Below are positions 1 to 7,677 of a stretch of 16,764 nt of DNA, in pieces. The stretch's first letter is position 1, and each line of letters opens with the position of its first letter. The translations under genes and the position numbers were made by a program. The stretch is from positions 1 through 16,764 of the forward strand of contig JAWXCN010000204.1 of the NCBI GenBank assembly GCA_034408725.1, written 5' to 3'. The notes under the pieces were generated by a model. The model was not told the DNA's origin and did no database searches. It was given only the letters and a program-made list of their open reading frames with translations. The DNA comes from Candidatus Hydrogenedentota bacterium. GTDB taxonomy: Bacteria > Hydrogenedentota > Hydrogenedentia > Hydrogenedentales > SLHB01.

Positions 1-479
1 GCCATGGCGCGGGCAAGGCCGGCGCGCTTTTTCATACCGCCGCTCAATTCCGAAGGCAGCAGGTTTTCGCAGCCGCCGAGCCCCACGAGTTCAAGCTTAA
101 TCTTGGTCATAATCTCGATGGTCGATTCTTCAAGCGGGGTGTGTTCGCGTAGCGGAAGGGCGACGTTGTCCGCCACGCTCATCGAATTGAAAAGCGCCGA
201 TCCCTGAAAGCACATGCCCAGCTTCTTGCGCACCTCGATACGGTCCGTGTCGGACATTGCCGTCACATCCTGGCCCCCGATGAGGATTTTGCCCGAATGC
301 GGCCGCATCAGTCCGACGAGGTTGCGCAGCAGCGTGCTCTTACCACAGCCGCTACCGCCAAGTATCACCAGGGTCTCGCCGCGCTTAACGGAAAAACTCA
401 CGCCGTCGAGCACGGTGCGATCACCATAGCGCACGACGAGGTCGTGTACTTCGATAATGGTGTCGTTTGTGTCGTCCAT
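1..479 (-). CDS. mlaF: ABC transporter ATP-binding protein, MlaF/Mkl family (3' end runs off the window)
   Basis: Not in the ORF track; translated by hand from ATG at 479: MDDTNDTIIEVHDLVVRYGDRTVLDGVSFSVKRGETLVILGGSGCGKSTLLRNLVGL...GMCFQGSALFNSMSVADNVALPLREH...LLPSELSGGMKKRAGLARAM. It has Walker A GGSGCGKST, a Q-loop and the LSGGMKKR signature typical of MlaF. It lies 3 nt downstream of mlaE. Confidence 0.92.
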   Translation of the reverse strand, partial: MDDTNDTIIEVHDLVVRYGDRTVLDGVSFSVKRGETLVILGGSGCGKSTLLRNLVGLMRPHSGKILIGGQDVTAMSDTDRIEVRKKLGMCFQGSALFNSMSVADNVALPLREHTPLEESTIEIMTKIKLELVGLGGCENLLPSELSGGMKKRAGLARAM

Positions 480-482
480 AAT

Positions 483-1280
483 CTAAAAGAAAAACAAGTA
501 GGTAAATAGAAGATCGACCAGAATGATCAGAAATATCGATGTTACCACGGAAGACGTTGTCATGTGGCCCACGCCTTCGGCGCCGCCTTCCACCTGAAAG
601 CCGCGGTACACGCCTACGAGGCAAATTACGATGCCATAGAAGAAACTCTTTGAAAGGCCCGTTGCGAAATCGCGGATTTTGATCGACTGGATTGTGTTGT
701 TGATGTACACGCCGGGCTCGACACCGACAATCCACACGGTGACGGAGAAGCCGCCGAAAATCATGATGAATGAACCCAGTATCGTCAGGCATGGGATAGC
801 GGTAACCATCGCGAGGAATTTCGGAACGACCAGATGTTTGGTTGGATTCAAACCCATGACTTCCAATGCGTCGATTTCTTCCGACACTTTCATTGTCCCG
901 ATTTCCGCCGTTATCGCCGATCCGCTTCTACCGCTCAGCAGGATAGCGGTCATCAGCGGCGCCAACTCGCGGACCGCGATCACCCCTACAAGGTTCGCGA
1001 CGTACTGCGTCGCGCCAAACGATCGCAGCAGGTACACGGCCTGCATCGCCATGATGCCGCCGATTAGAAAACAAATGAGTCCCACTATCGGGAGTGAATT
1101 CACCCCGAACTGCACGAAATGTTCGACAGTGCTCCGCACGCGAAGGCCCTTGCCGCGCAACGGCTGTATAAAAGCCCAGTTGGCGGTATCATTGATAAGG
1201 ACACAGACCTTGGCCACCGCGTACAGCCCATTGAGCGTGACGCGACCCGTATAACCCAGTACGTAGGTTACCGCGCTCAT
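483..1280 (-). CDS. mlaE: MlaE-family ABC transporter permease
   Basis: Motifs RELAPLMTAILLSGRSGSAITAEIGTMKVSEEIDALEVMGLNP and GGAEGVG..TTSSVV, plus several hydrophobic segments. No N-terminal STAS fusion. Confidence 0.95.
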   Translation of the reverse strand: MSAVTYVLGYTGRVTLNGLYAVAKVCVLINDTANWAFIQPLRGKGLRVRSTVEHFVQFGVNSLPIVGLICFLIGGIMAMQAVYLLRSFGATQYVANLVGVIAVRELAPLMTAILLSGRSGSAITAEIGTMKVSEEIDALEVMGLNPTKHLVVPKFLAMVTAIPCLTILGSFIMIFGGFSVTVWIVGVEPGVYINNTIQSIKIRDFATGLSKSFFYGIVICLVGVYRGFQVEGGAEGVGHMTTSSVVTSIFLIILVDLLFTYLFFF

Positions 1281-1597
1281 GCCTTATCGCGGATCGTGAA
1301 AACGGTGTCCAGCCGCGAAAGCTGCAACACTTTTAACACCGGCGGCGACGGCGCGACCAACACAAACTCGATCTTGCGTTCCATCGCCGCGCGCAACCCT
1401 TCAACCAGCGTCGCCACGCCCGAACTATCCATGTACTCGACGGAACCGAGATTGATGCAAATTGTTTTCGATGCCGTGGGCGCCGAGTCCGTGATCGCGG
1501 TGCGCAGGTTCGGCGAGCTGTAGAGGTCGATTTCACCTGAAACGGCAATCGTACACACACCGTTGCCATCGTCCGTCTTCGTAAGTTCCATCGCCAT
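1277..1597 (-). CDS. STAS-domain anti-sigma-factor antagonist (RsbV/SpoIIAA-like, or MlaB-like subunit)
   Basis: Motifs SGEIDLYSSPNLR, INLGSVEYMDSSGVATLV (phosphorylatable Ser) and VLKVLQLSRLD. AAGGA RBS upstream. 4-nt ATGA overlap with mlaE. Confidence 0.93.
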   Translation of the reverse strand: MAMELTKTDDGNGVCTIAVSGEIDLYSSPNLRTAITDSAPTASKTICINLGSVEYMDSSGVATLVEGLRAAMERKIEFVLVAPSPPVLKVLQLSRLDTVFTIRDKA

Positions 1598-1684
1598 AGT
1601 TCGTCCTTACGCGCGCGGAATGTCCCGCGCAACTTTCCGTCCCATCAGTTGATCGTATCGCATTGAAAAACCAATGCCTTTTTC

Positions 1685-2122
1685 TTAGCCAGGTTTTTCG
1701 GGAAGCTTGAGGCGCATTACCACCCGGTTCCCCTCGGTTTTGCCGGGGCGAAACTTCACTTCGTCGAAAACGCTGTACATCAGTTGCACGCCCAACCCGC
1801 CGGGCATGAGGTGCTCCGTATCCGGCGCGACAATTTCCTTGCGCGCACACTTCTCCTGCGGTACCGGCACCCCTCTGTCGCGCAACACAAACTCGATCGC
1901 CGAGTCGTTCCTGCGCAATGTTAGGCGCAGACGCCCCTCGGTGTTGCCGCCGTAAGAATGACGCATGGCGTTCGTACACGCTTCATCCACCGCAAGGACA
2001 ATCTCGCCCGCGCGTTCGGCGTCAAACCCTTCGTTCAACAAATACGTCCGGATCAAACCGCGAACCGATGCGAGCAACCGCGGCTCGGAACTCAAATCGA
2101 TATTGATATCGGTTTTTGGCAT
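1685..2122 (-). CDS. RsbW/SpoIIAB-like anti-sigma factor Ser/Thr kinase (HATPase_c_2)
   Basis: N-box AVDEACTNAMRHSY, G1 DRG, G2 GGLGVQLM; 145 aa. Starts 3 nt after the phosphatase stop. Confidence 0.93.
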   Translation of the reverse strand: MPKTDINIDLSSEPRLLASVRGLIRTYLLNEGFDAERAGEIVLAVDEACTNAMRHSYGGNTEGRLRLTLRRNDSAIEFVLRDRGVPVPQEKCARKEIVAPDTEHLMPGGLGVQLMYSVFDEVKFRPGKTEGNRVVMRLKLPEKPG

Positions 2123-2125
2123 GGA

Positions 2126-3805
2126 CTAGCCCAAGTATTTTACCGCGACCATTGTGCAATCATCATGCGGAGCTGCCGGCGCGCAATATTTCCGCACGTC
2201 CGCGTTAATCGCCTCTATCATGGCCCGCGGGTCAGACCCATAAAGTGTCGCCGCCACCCGTGTCAGGTTTTCCATCCCGTATTCGTCCGGTCCGTGCGAT
2301 CCTTCCGCCCGGGTGTGCGCCGTGCGCGCCTCGACGATGCCGTCCGTGTACAATAATAGCGTTTCGCCGGGTTTTACGCGCGATTCCGTATTGGTCCACG
2401 CGCTTTCCGGCAGTATCCCTATCGGTGGCCCCGTCGCGTTGCCAAACACGCGCAAGTCGCCTTTGCCCACCGCAATCGCCGGGTGATGCCCCGCGCTCGC
2501 GCACAGCACGCGCCCCGAATCGAGTTCCAATATTAAATAGCTCAACGTGCAGAACGTGCCGCGTGTTCCGCGCATGCTCATGCTCTTGTTCAACGTCTGA
2601 AATATTTCGGAAGGTGTTCCGCGTTCGCGTGCAGCCAACCGGAATTCCGCCAGGAGTTGCGCCATTGTGAGGGCCGCCGGCACCCCTTTGCCACTCACGT
2701 CGCCCACCAGAATGCCAATCCGCGATTCGTCCGGCTGGACAAAATCGTAAAAATCTCCGCCGACCGTTTTAGCGGGCCGCATATCGCCGTACACCTGGAA
2801 ACGCTTGTCGCCATCCGGCCATTGGTTGATCAGGAAACCCTGCTGAATTTGCCACGCATGCTGGATTTCCTGGTCCATGCGTTCTTTGTCGACGATCTGA
2901 CTGTGCATCCGCGCATTTTCCAGCGCAAGCCCTGCGCTGTTGCCGACCGCCGTGCTGAGCAACATGTCTTCATGCGTGTACTGGTGCTTCGGGCTGTCGC
3001 TGTCGACGTACAGAATTCCGAAAATACCAAACTTCCCGCGCAAGGGCGCGCAGATAATCGAGCGCAGACGCAACGACCGTATGCTCTCGCTGACATTTAA
3101 CTCACTGTCGCGGTCCGTGTCCTGATAGAGCAAACTTTCCCCGCGCTTGATCACCCGCTGCGCGACTGTCTCGCTAATTGTAAAGTCCCGGTGGCCTACG
3201 TGCTGCACTTTTCCACGGACGATGACATGAAATTTCCTGCAAACCGGGCAAGGTTGCAGTTCGCGTACCTCGGCAGACGCGAACACAATCGCGCCGCGCT
3301 GCGCATCGATCGCGCGCATGGTCGTCTCGAGAATATGGTCTACCAGCGGGCACGGCTCGTAGTTCGACGAAATCTCGTTCATCACCGTGAACACGGCGCG
3401 CAACAGGCTTTCGGCGCGCTCCTCGCGGTCTTCTTCGTCGCCCGCCTTTTGCCAGTTGAAAATGGTTTCTTTGAAAACCGTCGTGTTGTCGGGTTCTTCC
3501 GGATCATCAGGAACGTCGTCGGCCTCGAACCGCATCACGGTCTCGCCGATTTGGAGGTTGTCCCCCGGCGCCAGCACGCCCTCAACCATCGGCATCCCGT
3601 TCAGTTGTGTTCCGTTCGTGCTGCCGAGGTCTTTCCAGAGAAACCGGCTTCCATCCAGCGTAATCCGAACATGCCGCCGCGACGCCGCCGCGTCATCCAC
3701 GACGCACCCGCACTCCATCGAACGCCCGAGCGTAATCGACGACCCTATCGGCACCCGCCGCTCCGGTTCACCATTTTTCTTGCACACGAGATAACCGCGA
3801 AGCAC
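2126..3805 (-). CDS. FHA-GAF-SpoIIE(PP2C) serine phosphatase, RsbU-like
   Basis: FHA motifs LGRS, SRRH and DLGSTNGT. GAF region SIICAPL...GILYVDS...AGLALENAR. PP2C motifs GGDFYD, GDVSGKG, LLYTDGIVE and DDCT. GTG start with AAGGAAG RBS. Confidence 0.93.
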   Translation of the reverse strand: MLRGYLVCKKNGEPERRVPIGSSITLGRSMECGCVVDDAAASRRHVRITLDGSRFLWKDLGSTNGTQLNGMPMVEGVLAPGDNLQIGETVMRFEADDVPDDPEEPDNTTVFKETIFNWQKAGDEEDREERAESLLRAVFTVMNEISSNYEPCPLVDHILETTMRAIDAQRGAIVFASAEVRELQPCPVCRKFHVIVRGKVQHVGHRDFTISETVAQRVIKRGESLLYQDTDRDSELNVSESIRSLRLRSIICAPLRGKFGIFGILYVDSDSPKHQYTHEDMLLSTAVGNSAGLALENARMHSQIVDKERMDQEIQHAWQIQQGFLINQWPDGDKRFQVYGDMRPAKTVGGDFYDFVQPDESRIGILVGDVSGKGVPAALTMAQLLAEFRLAARERGTPSEIFQTLNKSMSMRGTRGTFCTLSYLILELDSGRVLCASAGHHPAIAVGKGDLRVFGNATGPPIGILPESAWTNTESRVKPGETLLLYTDGIVEARTAHTRAEGSHGPDEYGMENLTRVAATLYGSDPRAMIEAINADVRKYCAPAAPHDDCTMVAVKYLG

Positions 3806-3942
3806 AATGTCTTCCTTGAGAGTATGGCCCGGGCGCCAGTTTAACGATTACCCTGCAACGCGGGCAAGGAACGTGATTGCGCCTTCGGCCCCGGCTGGGC
3901 CAGAATGAATTCTTGGACTCACATTCAATGGGTGTACGATTT

Positions 3943-4515
3943 ATGACGCGGCTAGTTTCAATCGTTGTACTCGCTGCATGCGCGGCATCGTGCAACCGCG
4001 CGCCCGCGCCTGATTTCTTCGCCGAGGGCGAGGAACTCTACCTCAAGGGCGAATATGACGAAGCCATTGAACGCTTCAAGGGCTATCTGCTCGCAGACCC
4101 CGATCATGCCGGCGCGCACTGGTATCTTGGCACCTGCTACCTCTATTCGAGTGAACACCGGTGGCTTGGTATCGCGCAAGGTGAACTCGAAACGGCGTTG
4201 GCGCTCTTTAACCGGCAGGGGAAGGCAAACCCTATTCCCCGGTTCAACGAAACTTACTTCGAAATGATGTGCCACATTAACCAGGCTAAAATCTATCTTC
4301 TCCTTGTCGAAACGCTCATCCAGAATCCGCGCGCGTTTCCCGGACTCGACGCGCGCGCCGTCATTCCCGGCCTCCTCGCGAAATGCGCTGAACACGCCGG
4401 CCTCGCTGATGAAGTCTCCCCCGGAAATCCCGACGTGGTAGAACTCAAACGCATCCTGGATCGAGCAGCCGGAGAACGTCCCGCCGAGCCCGCGCAGGAA
4501 CAGATTTCAATTTGA
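3943..4515 (+). CDS. TPR-repeat lipoprotein
   Basis: From ATG 3943: MTRLVSIVVLAACAASC, a lipobox-like signal. TPR-like helices follow (GEELYLKGEYDEAIERFKGYLLADPDHAGAHWYLGTCY). The ORF-track start at 3877 is probably too long. Confidence 0.8.
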   Translation: MTRLVSIVVLAACAASCNRAPAPDFFAEGEELYLKGEYDEAIERFKGYLLADPDHAGAHWYLGTCYLYSSEHRWLGIAQGELETALALFNRQGKANPIPRFNETYFEMMCHINQAKIYLLLVETLIQNPRAFPGLDARAVIPGLLAKCAEHAGLADEVSPGNPDVVELKRILDRAAGERPAEPAQEQISI

Positions 4516-4600
4516 AATAGTCGCCTGCCCGCGTTCATACAAGGCACTAGGCTCACGAGAAGTAGGTCACACCACTACGGCGGATTCTCGCGCGACAGTC

Positions 4601-5057
4601 ATTGGTCGTCTCGATGAGGCTGATTCAAAATTTGATGTTGTGACGTTTCACGCAATCTGGATGTGCCTCCCAACTCGCTCAACTTGCATGAGCTGCCTCT
4701 CCGATGTATGGAGAGTCTTAAACGATAACGGACTGTTCATCGCATCAGTTACTCATCCCGGTTTTCGCGATCGACAATTCGCGACATTCCGAACGTCATT
4801 CGACATGGATAACTACAATCGCGAAGAGTTCTCCGTTCGAAGTCTCACTTTTTGACGGCGAAGAGGTGATTAAATTCACCGATTTCCATTTGAGCGTCGG
4901 CGAAATGACCCGTCAACTTCACGAGACTGGTTTTCTCATTAGGGAGATCATTGAGCTATCCGATGTGGACAAAGCACCGTGGCCACCGCCTTTCCTTGGC
5001 TTCTATTCATCGCGCAAAAAGGATAGTCTAACGCATCCCCCGGCCGATATGATGTAG
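4601..5057 (+). pseudogene. Truncated, frameshifted class I SAM-dependent methyltransferase remnant
   Basis: One frame reads DSKFDVVTFHAIWMCL...LSDVWRVLNDNGLFIASVTHPGF, matching post-motif-I segments of Methyltransf_11-like proteins. The +1 frame continues SPFEVSLFDGEEVIKFTDFHLSVGEMTRQLHETGFLIREIIE. No GxGxG motif I is found upstream. Confidence 0.65.
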
Positions 5058-5206
5058 TGCGTAGCCGTACCATCCCGGTACCAGGACGGAAGGATTTCGC
5101 CCACTAAAGCGAACGGGGCCGCAAGCGCCTGCACGTTCGTCCTATAAGGTGACGCCCCTCTTGCTATTGATCCTGTTCAATCAATCGTGTCCAAGTAAGC
5201 TCCCAC

Positions 5207-5249
5207 GATCAACCCATCATGGAAAGGGATCAACCCCATCATGGAAAGG
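5207..5249 (+). repeat. Tandem direct duplication of a 21/22-nt unit
   Basis: GATCAACCCATCATGGAAAGG (5207-5227) is followed immediately by GATCAACCCCATCATGGAAAGG (5228-5249); the copies differ by one C. Confidence 0.9.
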
Positions 5250-5301
5250 CTTGGCCAGAAAGAACTGCAATACCAAAAATGAGACTGCGCCAATTTCTCC
5301 T

Positions 5302-6297
5302 TTAAATTTCGAGAGACTCCGCCGCAGGTAGCGAGAGTTCTTTCACTATTGGAGCGAAGACGGTATGAAACTGCTCGAGTCTCTCACGCAGCCACTCGTA
5401 GTATTTCGGCCAAGTTCGGCGATCCTGTGGATCGATAGCGGTGCGCGCGTATATCCGACACTGACGCACACCTTCTTTTTGATACCACGTAAGCGGGTCA
5501 ACGACACCTCGCTGAATTTCTGCTTCCCTAGCTTTCAGCGCATTGAAGTATTCCTTTGACTGGGGATGCTCAATAAGTAGTTCGGCGCGAAGTTCTCCCC
5601 CATATTTCTTGGTCTCAGAATCCCATGTCGAAATCACGGCCGCGAGTTTGAATCCCTCGCGCCCCAAAGAAACGAGGGTCCAGTTCTGCGGATATGGTTT
5701 ACCGCATCGCAGAGAACTGTATTCTTGGAGGTATGCGTGAAATCCAACCCAAAAATCATATTGCAGTTGCTGCGTTTCCGTTAGGCCCTCTTGCGCTCCG
5801 CGTTTAACTGCCTTACTCCAATCGTTTGGTTTAGATACGATATTGAACTTCGGAGCAGGTATAGAGGCGTCAATGCGCCAGAGCTCGATTTCCAGCCCAA
5901 AGAACGAGAACCGGTTTGTCGTTATGGAGTTGAGCCAATCGAGAGCGGCGCGGTGCTCGTCAGTAAACTGAGGTGAAACCCATATGACCGTCGCTGCCTC
6001 AAGTCCCGCCGCATAAGTAAGGAGTTGTCCGAGGTGAGTGTGGTCTGTCCGCTCAAGCTGGTTTTCGATTAGAACCAATGTGTCGTTGATGGCCTCTTTG
6101 CAGAGAATGTCGGCGCGAAATGGCCCCACTGGTTTTTCCGTCGCTTGTATCTCAAGCTCCAAATCCAGCGTTTCCGCAAGCAAGGTCAGGTTTTCCGGTC
6201 GCGCAAGCCACGGTGTGAAATGCTGTCCCTCATTCGTCCAGGCTGAACGCAGATCAACCTTTTCCAATCTACCTAGTTTGGGTGTTGATTCTCGCAC
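5302..6297 (-). CDS. DUF4268-like protein with N-terminal NucS/PD-(D/E)XK-like nuclease domain
   Basis: LGRLEKVDLRSAW..E..FTPWL and RADILCK..VLIENQLERTDHTHLGQLLTYAAG resemble DUF4268 proteins (recognised from memory of the family, not searched). GTG start with GAGGA RBS, 5 nt after the upstream gene. Confidence 0.8.
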   Translation of the reverse strand: MRESTPKLGRLEKVDLRSAWTNEGQHFTPWLARPENLTLLAETLDLELEIQATEKPVGPFRADILCKEAINDTLVLIENQLERTDHTHLGQLLTYAAGLEAATVIWVSPQFTDEHRAALDWLNSITTNRFSFFGLEIELWRIDASIPAPKFNIVSKPNDWSKAVKRGAQEGLTETQQLQYDFWVGFHAYLQEYSSLRCGKPYPQNWTLVSLGREGFKLAAVISTWDSETKKYGGELRAELLIEHPQSKEYFNALKAREAEIQRGVVDPLTWYQKEGVRQCRIYARTAIDPQDRRTWPKYYEWLRERLEQFHTVFAPIVKELSLPAAESLEI

Positions 6298-6302
6298 TTT
6301 CG

Positions 6303-7190
6303 CTATTCCTCATCCCCATTCGATTTGCGGCACGATTCAGAGAACAGGTTTCGCAGGAATTCGCCGTTTCTTGCTAAGTCCTCTTGGCGGAGCCGGAGCA
6401 CTAACCGAGGACTCTTGACCTCCGCCATCCGCTCAATCGTTGTTGTCTTCAGCTTCTCGACCCACGGTTCTTTCTTCTCGACGCGGACCGCGGCCCTAAC
6501 CCATTGTTTAGACGGTCGAAACTTTACGCAATGATTCGGAAGACCATCCTCGTACTGCCCAATATACTGCTTGTTATATCGCATCGTCAGCCCAGGCCTA
6601 CTTTCGCGCAAGATTCCGAAGCATTGATCGATGAGGGGTAGCATTTCTGCACCCGACGACTTCTCCCAGTATGCGCGATCTGCACCTTGCCCCCAAGGCT
6701 GTTCACCCCCAAGGTCCTCATCGCCTCGAAGTACCTCGTCTAATACCTTAACGAAGTTCAAAACGATCTTGTCTTCCACCTGAAGCGCAGAGAGTTGAAT
6801 CGCGAAGATCGGTAGCGTGCTGTTAAACAGCCCAATTACATTTAGGAAGCGGGATGTAACGTTTTCTGCGACGAGTACCGCGCAGTGGTCATACTGCGGA
6901 TATCGCTTGCGCTGAATGTCCCAGTATTCAAGTGTCCGAATGATGTGACTCGCATCTGTTTCCCCTAACTGAATCTCGACCTCATACCAGCGCTCGGACT
7001 CGGGATCAATCAGCAGGAGGTCAAGCCGCCCGGCCCTAGGTTGTCGGATTTCAACGTCCTTCACCAACAGGTCGCCGAGGCCAAGTATAGAGGTGTCGTC
7101 GATTATGCGCTGTTGCAGCCAGCGTTCATTAACGTCTGGGTGGGACTTCAAGCTTATGGACTGTGGCTTGACATACGTCAATGGTGGCAT
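6303..7190 (-). CDS. Conserved protein with PD-(D/E)XK-like (NucS-like) N-terminal domain and DUF5655/DUF4268-like C-terminal domain
   Basis: NERWLQ...AGRLDLLLIDPESERWYEVEIQLGETDASHIIRTLEYWD..AVLVAE. The likely start is ATG 7190 with GGAG upstream; the ORF track starts at 7220. C-terminal domain assignment is tentative. Confidence 0.72.
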   Translation of the reverse strand: MPPLTYVKPQSISLKSHPDVNERWLQQRIIDDTSILGLGDLLVKDVEIRQPRAGRLDLLLIDPESERWYEVEIQLGETDASHIIRTLEYWDIQRKRYPQYDHCAVLVAENVTSRFLNVIGLFNSTLPIFAIQLSALQVEDKIVLNFVKVLDEVLRGDEDLGGEQPWGQGADRAYWEKSSGAEMLPLIDQCFGILRESRPGLTMRYNKQYIGQYEDGLPNHCVKFRPSKQWVRAAVRVEKKEPWVEKLKTTTIERMAEVKSPRLVLRLRQEDLARNGEFLRNLFSESCRKSNGDEE

Positions 7191-7273
7191 CAAATCTACT
7201 CCGCTATGCGACCGAGGCAATTCGCGCTTTTTTATCGGTGATTGGGATCAAACGACTCCGCTGAAAAGTAAAA

Positions 7274-7365
<92 letters not shown>

Positions 7366-7421
7366 GCGGGATGCTTGGGGGAGCAAAACCGCCGATTTTC
7401 GCGGCGTTGCATGAACCCGAA

Positions 7422-7450
7422 ATTTTAGTCCGCAATGATGACGATGTCAA
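7422..7450 (-). promoter_or_regulatory. Sigma70-type promoter for tRNA-Ser
   Basis: Minus strand TTGACA (7450-7445), 17-nt spacer, TAAAAT (7427-7422); near consensus. Confidence 0.75.
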
Positions 7451-7504
7451 TGCGCATGCGCGGAACGCGCAACCGCTTGATCACCGCCTTGCGCGCACGA
7501 GCGT

Positions 7505-7534
7505 TTGACTTGTCCGTCCGCCGTTTGTTAGCCT
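7505..7534 (+). promoter_or_regulatory. Sigma70-type promoter for tRNA-Ala
   Basis: TTGACT (7505-7510), 18-nt spacer, TAGCCT (7529-7534), with an extended -10 TG at 7526-7527. Confidence 0.55.
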
Positions 7535-7562
7535 TTCGCGCTGTATACAAGCATTTTGCCGT

Positions 7563-7638
7563 GGGGCGGTAGCTCAGTTGGGAGAGCGCTGCGTTCGCAA
7601 TGCAGAGGCCGAGGGTTCGACTCCCTTCCGCTCCACCA
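7563..7638 (+). tRNA. tRNA-Ala(CGC)
   Basis: 76-nt cloverleaf GGGGCGGTAGCTCAGTTGGGAGAGCGCTGCGTTCGCAATGCAGAGGCCGAGGGTTCGACTCCCTTCCGCTCCACCA with the G3:U70 identity pair, CGC anticodon and encoded CCA. Confidence 0.97.
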
Positions 7639-7677
7639 TCCTTCCCTTTGACAGCAGACCGTTTGCGGAGTCCTCGA

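Noticed and set aside
3191-3844. 217-aa plus-strand ORF, and other antisense or alternative-frame ORFs over the operon
   Set aside because: They overlap well-supported genes, are Arg-rich and carry no domain signal.
5080-5105. Possible att-site copy of the tRNA-Ser 3' end (GGACGGAAGGATTTCGCCC)
   Set aside because: Similarity to TGGCGGAGAGGGCGGGATTCGAACCC is too weak to exceed chance.
5207-5249. Possible mini-CRISPR array
   Set aside because: Two adjacent copies with no spacer, and no cas genes.
4601-7190. Restriction-modification system (methyltransferase plus nucleases)
   Set aside because: The methyltransferase remnant has no DPPY/NPPY/PC motif, is convergent to the nuclease-like genes and is broken.
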